Positions 58,701 through 64,000 of a DNA stretch of 64,000 bases are shown piece by piece. Under the pieces are notes generated by a model. The model had not been told where the DNA came from. It saw only the letters and a list, made by a program, of their open reading frames with translations, and ran no database searches. The translations under genes were made by a program, and so were the position numbers. The DNA lies in NCBI GenBank assembly GCA_963809895.1, contig CAWELD010000003.1, positions 1,440,001 to 1,504,000 of the forward strand, given 5' to 3'. How positions within the stretch are numbered: the first letter of the stretch is position 1; each line of letters opens with the position of its first letter. The DNA comes from an uncultured Gemmatimonadales bacterium. GTDB lineage: Bacteria > Gemmatimonadota > Gemmatimonadetes > Longimicrobiales > Gaopeijiaceae.

Positions 58701-59491
58701 CGGAACATGTCACCAGTGTCCACGTCACGCACCAGCAACTCGATGGACTCCACCGCGTTGTCGTTGGGACGGACGTTCACCGTGATGTCGACACGACCCA
58801 TGATCGAATCGGGATCGACGATGGCGCCACCAGAGGTGATGTTCTCGATGACGATCTCCGGCTCCACCAGCTCCTTCTCACCGGTGAAGTTCACCTGAGC
58901 GGACTGGCCCGTATTGAGCTGGACCTGCTGCTCGGTGATGTCGAAGCCCTCCGGCGGGTTGGTCAGGGTCACCGTGTAGGTGCCCGACCGCAGGCCGGTG
59001 AACTGGACCTGACCGTTGGCGTTGGTGCCGAGGGTCTGATCGACGCCCATGCCCGTGAGCTGGACGCTGGTTGCGATGCCCTCGCCGCCGTTGCGCGTCA
59101 CCGACACCAGAACCGAGGCGGTGCGCACGTACTGGCCGTTGAAGTCGGCCTGGGCGACCTGACCGTCGGTGGTGATGCCGACCGACTGGGTCGTCTGAGA
59201 GAAGACCACGTCCGCGGGGACCGCGGACAGGGTCACAGAATAGTTGCCCTCCAGCACGTTGCTGAAGGAGTAGCTTCCGTCGGCTCCGGAGGTGGTCGAC
59301 TGCGCCGACGCACCTGCCAGAGCCACCGTGACACCGGCGAGACCGGTGCCCTCAACGGAAACAGTACCCGAGACGGTGCCTACCGCAGGCGGCGTCTCCG
59401 TCGGGCCCACGCTGTTGTTACCCTCGTCGCAGGCCGCGACGGGGATGGTGAGAACCAGCGCGGCGATGAGTAGCTTGTGGAGCTTTCTCAT
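55750..59491 (-). CDS. Large surface lipoprotein (~1,250 aa; N-terminal carboxypeptidase-regulatory/Cna-B-like domains), broken by several indels
   Basis: MRKLHKLLIAALVLTIPVAAC lipobox, GTVSGTVS...GVTVAL...DGSYSFSNV...GNYSV and FTGLRSGTYTVT repeats. ORFs 57215..59491, 57018..57329 and 55750..57255 join through shifts at about 57361 and 57283. Confidence 0.75.
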
Positions 59492-59669
59492 GCTGCTGCG
59501 TCCAGGTGTGGATGAGAGTGATTGCCCGGTCCGGGTCGGGAACTCGGCCCCGGGCTGCGCCGAGAAGGCGCACTAAACCGTACGGAGGAACCGCAATCAC
59601 CGTGCCATTCCGGAGGGTCTCCGGAACTCACTGAGACGGCAAGAACTTAGAAGGACACGCCAGACCTCC

Positions 59670-59705
59670 GAAATCCCTCGGATTTCTGAATTTCGATCAG
59701 AAATC
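59670..59705. promoter_or_regulatory. Overlapping inverted repeats, candidate transcription-factor operator upstream of the surface-protein gene
   Basis: GAAATCC-N3-GGATTTC (59670-59686) and GATTTCTGA-N7-TCAGAAATC (59681-59705). Confidence 0.5.
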
Positions 59706-59739
59706 TGACCCTTCGCGGTCCTTTGGGGGCGAGCGGCGC

Positions 59740-60734
59740 TCAATCCCCGTCCCGCAAGGCTTCTCGGGCTCTTTCCACAAGGTTCGCGGACCCCAGATAG
59801 AGGGGCGTGCGCTGGTGGAGCTCGCTGGGCTCCACGTCGAGGATGTCCACATGTCCGTTGCACGCGGCACCTCCGGCCTGGTGGAAGATCATGGCCATGG
59901 GCGCCGCTTCGTAGAGGAGCCGTAGCTTTCCGCGAGGATTCCGGGAATCTGCCGGATACATGAACAGCCCCCCCTTGAGGAGCGTGCGATGGGCGTCCGC
60001 CACCAGGGAGCCGATGTAGCGCGAGGAGAAGCTCTCGCTCTTGAACCCGTCCACCAGCGACCGCTGACCCGCCGACCAGCGGGCGTAGTAGGCCTCGTTG
60101 ACGGAGTAGCTCATGGCCGGGGGCTCGGGAATGCGGATGATCGGGGTGGCTCAGGAGGAACTCGCCGATGGAGGGGTCCAGCGTGAAGCCGTGCACGCCG
60201 ACGCCGCTGGTGTAGACGAGCATCGTAGAGGACCCGTAGACGACATAGCCGGCGGCGAGCTGGCGCCGGCCGGGCTGGAGGCAGTCCTCCAGACAGCCGC
60301 GCTCGCCGGCTGGAGATCTTGCGATGGACCGAGAAGATGGTCCCGATGGAGACGTTCACGTCGATGTTCGAGGAACCGTCCAGCGGGTCGAACAACAGCG
60401 CGTAGTCCCCGGTCGGAAAGCGCTCGGGGATGTCCAGGACGTCGGGGTGCTCCTCGGAGGCCATGCAGCACAGGTTTCCCGTATGGTCCATGGCGTTGAA
60501 GATCACGGCGTCGGCGAACACGTCGAGCTTCTGGACCGACTCCCCGTGCACGTTGGTATCGCCGGTGCGTCCCAGCACGTCCACGAGCCCGGCCTTGCTC
60601 ACCTCTCTGGAGATCACCTTGGCGGCGAGGGCGATGTCCATGAGGATGTTGGTGAACGCCCCCGTGGCCTCGGGATGGCGGCGCTCCTCCTCCACGATGT
60701 GGCGGGCGAGGGTGACGACGCTGGTCTCAGGCAT
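59740..60734 (-). CDS. fbp: Fructose-1,6-bisphosphatase class 1 (extra bases near 60308 and 60140)
   Basis: [64 protein letters not shown], distributed over three frames. Confidence 0.92.
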
Positions 60735-60814
60735 GGCGGATCCGACGCTGGGTGGTGAGGAGGGCCGGGAGGGCATCCTGGTTCCGGCCAAGTAACCGCC
60801 CCGGGCCGCGCACG

Positions 60815-63181
60815 TCAATCGCCGGACGGGCGGTCGCCGTGCACCTCCCAGCGCCCCGACGGCTCGACCCGCACGTGGACCGATCCCGCGCGGTCGGTCC
60901 GGTACACGCGAACCCCGTTGTCACGCAGCCTCCGGAGGACGGCCGGCGAGGGATGCCCGAAGCGGTTGTAGCGGCCCACCGAGATCACGGCCACCTCGGG
61001 CTGCGTGGCAGCCAGCAGGGCCGCCCCGGTCGAGGTCCGGCTCCCGTGGTGGCCCACCTTGAGGAGATCCACGACACCGGTCAGGGGTGCGAACTCCGCC
61101 TCGGCTGCCAGGGGGGCGTCGCCGGTGAGGAGGGCCCGGAAGCCGTGCCACGACACGCGGAGCACCACGGAGCGGTCGTTGGGTGACTGCGCGGCGTCCG
61201 CCGCATCCGGCGGTACCGGGCCCGGATGCAGCACCGCCACCTCGACCCCGTCCAGGACGAGCCGGTCCCCCCGGACGAGGATCCGCCAGCGAGCCGGCTC
61301 CTCGGCCGCGGCCTCCAGGACCTCCAGGTAGGGCCCGGAGCCCCGCGCGGTGCCCGGATCGCCGATCTCGGGCACCTGGAACGCGTCGAGGATCTCGGCG
61401 GCCCCGCCCAGGTGATCCAGGTCCGGGTGGGTCAGCACCAGGAGGGCCACCCGGGACACACCCAGCCGGCGCAGCTCCCGAACGACCCGGTCGCCCGGAT
61501 CCGGACCCGTGTCCACGAGGAGCCATCGCCCCCCGGGCGTGCGCAGCGCGATGGCGTCCCCCTGCCCCACGTCCAGGATGTGGAGCTCCATGGATCCGTC
61601 GCGGATCGCCGCATCCGCCAGCGGCGCCACCACCAGCGCGGCGGCGCAGCCGGCGGCCACCGCCGCCACCCGCACCGGCCGGCCCACTCCCCGGGCGGAC
61701 CGCAGCAGTAGCCAGGCCAGCGTGGCTCCCACGCTGGCGGCCAGGACCTGCGGCCGGGTGACGGGCACGGCGGCCCACCGGAACGACGCCAGCACGAACA
61801 CGACCCAGCGGGCCGCGGCCAACAGCGCGCCCGCCCCGGCGGCGGGAAGCGCCGCGGCGGCACTACCGGTGAGTCCCAGGGCCACGACCAGCAGGAGGCC
61901 GGGCAGCGCGGCGGCGACCAGCGGTCCGGCCAGGAGCGTCGCGGGGATCCCCACCAGCGACACGGCCTCGAAATGCCAGGCCACCAGGGGAAGCGTGAAG
62001 GCGGTCGCCGCGGCCGACGCCGCCACGCCCTCCACCACCACGGACGGGATCCCCCTGAGCCACCGGAGCCCGGAGCGCCGAGCCCACTGGCCCGTCTGCT
62101 GTCGTATCCACGCCGCCACGGGCCGCGCGCCCATCACCAGCCCGAAGGCGCCGGCGAAGGAGAGTTGGAAGCCCACCCTGCCCAGGGCCAGCGGATCCAG
62201 GAGCGCGAAGCACAGGAGCGCGGTGGCGAGCACGCCGGCTCCCAGCACGGGACGACCCAGCAGGCGTCCCGAGGCCACCAACGCCACCAGGAGGGCCGCT
62301 CGCGTGGCGGCGTCCGGGAAGCCGAGCAGCGCCACGTAGCTCCACGCCACGCCCGCCCCGACGCAACCCGCCACGCCCAGCGTCGCGCCGGCCGCGCGGG
62401 CCAGCGTCACGGCCAGCAGCGCCAGCACGCCCACGTGGAAGCCGGAAATGGCGAGCAGGTGCGCCGTGCCGGAGCGAACGAAGGCCTCGCGAACGCCCGG
62501 ATCCAGGCCATCCCGGCGAGCCAGGATCAGCGCCTTGGCCAGCGCCGCCTCGGAGCCCAGGTGGCGGTCCAGCGCGGCGGCCGCGGCTCCGCGCAACCGG
62601 GCGGCGGCGGCGGCGACCCGGTCACCGGCCCGCCGGGGTCCCGGGACGTGGGACCCCTGCCTGCGCAGCGACGAGGCCAGCACGATGCCCGCACGCGCCG
62701 GATCGCCTCCGGGACCCCCCGAAGGGCTCCACAACCCGCGCACGCCGATGCGCGCGCCCACGGCCACCGGCGAACTCCGCCTGGGAAGCGCCACCCGGAT
62801 CTCGCGCCGGCACTGCACGGGCCCGCCCGTCAGCGAATCCACGCGCAGCCGGGCGCGGCCCGCGGCCTCCAGGGTGGTGACGGTGCCCCAGGCGGTGAGC
62901 GAGTCGGCGGGCAGGACCCAGCGGCAGTCGCGGCGTACCCGAGCCTGTGCCGCCGCCACGTGCAGCCAGCCGGCGAGGCTGCATGCGAGAAGCCCGACCA
63001 GGACCGGTAGCCGGTCGGTCGGGCGAGTCCATGGCTGGATGGGCAGGGCGAGGGCGGCGACCATCAGGGGCGCCGCCGGCAGGGGTGCTCCCGCCAGGCG
63101 GAGGCCCGCCCCGGCCACGAAGGCCAGGGCCAGGACCGTAACGGGCGGGAGCGTCCGTGTCAGGGCACGGCCCTTCCCCAC
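60815..63181 (-). CDS. comEC: DNA internalization competence protein ComEC/Rec2
   Basis: GTAHLLAISGFHV, GFQLSF, MBL domain LDVGQGDA, THPDLDHLGG, TGDA, KVGHHGS, NRFGHP, RTD. Confidence 0.92.
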   Translation of the reverse strand: MGKGRALTRTLPPVTVLALAFVAGAGLRLAGAPLPAAPLMVAALALPIQPWTRPTDRLPVLVGLLACSLAGWLHVAAAQARVRRDCRWVLPADSLTAWGTVTTLEAAGRARLRVDSLTGGPVQCRREIRVALPRRSSPVAVGARIGVRGLWSPSGGPGGDPARAGIVLASSLRRQGSHVPGPRRAGDRVAAAAARLRGAAAAALDRHLGSEAALAKALILARRDGLDPGVREAFVRSGTAHLLAISGFHVGVLALLAVTLARAAGATLGVAGCVGAGVAWSYVALLGFPDAATRAALLVALVASGRLLGRPVLGAGVLATALLCFALLDPLALGRVGFQLSFAGAFGLVMGARPVAAWIRQQTGQWARRSGLRWLRGIPSVVVEGVAASAAATAFTLPLVAWHFEAVSLVGIPATLLAGPLVAAALPGLLLVVALGLTGSAAAALPAAGAGALLAAARWVVFVLASFRWAAVPVTRPQVLAASVGATLAWLLLRSARGVGRPVRVAAVAAGCAAALVVAPLADAAIRDGSMELHILDVGQGDAIALRTPGGRWLLVDTGPDPGDRVVRELRRLGVSRVALLVLTHPDLDHLGGAAEILDAFQVPEIGDPGTARGSGPYLEVLEAAAEEPARWRILVRGDRLVLDGVEVAVLHPGPVPPDAADAAQSPNDRSVVLRVSWHGFRALLTGDAPLAAEAEFAPLTGVVDLLKVGHHGSRTSTGAALLAATQPEVAVISVGRYNRFGHPSPAVLRRLRDNGVRVYRTDRAGSVHVRVEPSGRWEVHGDRPSGD

Positions 63182-63205
63182 CCGGGACGCCGGGCTTCTC
63201 GAATA

Positions 63206-63535
63206 TCAGCTCTCCTTCTGCTCTCCCTGCTCACCGGCCTCGAAGAGGCTCGTCTGCGCCCGGTCCACGAAGATGCGTGCCCGCTCCTCGCGGTCTTCTT
63301 CGGCCAGGCGCGCCCTCAGGATGCGGCGCACCTTGAGGTCGGAGTGGATGCCCGCCGCCAGCATGATGAGCATGCCGACAATCATGGCTCCGAAGGCGAC
63401 CCCCATGAGCGGCACCCGGTAGAGGGTCACCACGCCCAGACGCAGGGTCACCCGCTGGCCGCCGTTGAGCGCGGCGAACGCCATGGACAGGAGCAGGACC
63501 AGCAGCACGCCCAGGGTGCCGGCGAGTCGACTCAC
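63206..63535 (-). CDS. LapA/DUF1049-like small membrane protein
   Basis: TM-FAALN...V.L-TM-basic helix layout. Confidence 0.6.
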   Translation of the reverse strand: MSRLAGTLGVLLVLLLSMAFAALNGGQRVTLRLGVVTLYRVPLMGVAFGAMIVGMLIMLAAGIHSDLKVRRILRARLAEEDREERARIFVDRAQTSLFEAGEQGEQKES

Positions 63536-63580
63536 GGGGCTCCTCGCGTGAAGGTCATGGCCGTGGCGTTCATGGCGCGG

Positions 63581-64000
63581 CTACCGGGCCTGGAGCTCGG
63601 CCGGCTCGTGCGCCAGCCGGCCGCCGAAGGTGGCACCGGTGGTGGAGTCCAGCACGACGCGACGGTAGCTCCCGAACCAGTGGGGATCTCCGGGGAACGC
63701 CACCACCTTGTTGCGGCGCGTGCGACCCAGGACGTGGCCCGGGTCCCGCGCATCCTTCTCCACCAGGACCTCTTCGACGCGTCCCACCTCGCCGTGGTTG
63801 ATCTCCGACTGGATTCCCCGGGCCACCTCGATGAGCTCCTCGAGCCGGGCCTGCGCCACGGCGTCGTCCACGAACCACTCCCGGGGCATGCGTGTCGCGG
63901 GGGTCCCGTCGCGGGGCGAGTACTTGTAGGTGAAGGCGTCGTCGAAGCGCACCTGCCGCATGAGCTCCAGCGTATCGCGGAACTCGGCGTCGGTCTCGTC
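63581..64000 (-). CDS. miaB: tRNA methylthiotransferase MiaB (5' end off the window)
   Basis: ETDAEFRDTL...FDDAFTYKYSPRDGTPA...RL, TRAM domain (EVLVE, GRTRRNKVV). Confidence 0.88.
   Translation of the reverse strand, partial: DETDAEFRDTLELMRQVRFDDAFTYKYSPRDGTPATRMPREWFVDDAVAQARLEELIEVARGIQSEINHGEVGRVEEVLVEKDARDPGHVLGRTRRNKVVAFPGDPHWFGSYRRVVLDSTTGATFGGRLAHEPAELQAR

Noticed and set aside
47775..59740. Genomic island or prophage interpretation of the accessory block
   Set aside because: No integrase, transposase, tRNA target, phage genes or flanking direct repeats seen. Composition shifts can be explained by expression level or older transfer.
1..64000. CRISPR arrays, tRNA/rRNA genes, IS elements, known anti-phage systems
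   Set aside because: No regularly spaced repeats, cloverleaf-like sequences, transposases or recognisable defence genes found by inspection. A covariance-model scan could still reveal small RNAs.

Overview
High-GC (roughly 70% by eye) bacterial chromosome segment. Gene content and style suggest Gemmatimonadota, but this is an inference. It is mostly housekeeping genes: recQ, mgtE-ybeY-pgpH-phoH-aspS, rlmN, lepB, an RqcH-like NFACT gene, trpA/B/F/C/D, lexA, truA, transaldolase, htrA, purB/C/S/Q/L/F, pssA, add, fbp, comEC and miaB. Other blocks are (i) a B12 acyl-CoA mutase / split AtuA / carboxyltransferase / hydratase / MeaB cluster whose mutase carries isobutyryl-CoA-mutase-type specificity residues, (ii) a HEAT-repeat + HD-GYP pair with a shared N-terminal domain inside the trp operon, and (iii) an accessory block at about 47.8-59.7 kb with a membrane-spanning BTAD-STAND regulator, a ComEC-type metallo-hydrolase lipoprotein, a TonB-dependent receptor and a ~1,250-aa surface lipoprotein. 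The most intriguing candidate system is an SOS module: lexA is preceded by two TTCGG-N6-TTCGG direct repeats and is translationally coupled to an unannotated 56-aa ORF ending in an SspB-like ClpX-binding tail (PALRLVR). Several single-base frameshifts from about 40 kb onward (purB, purL, TonB receptor, surface protein, fbp) are most likely sequencing or consensus errors. I saw no tRNA, rRNA, CRISPR array or transposase.
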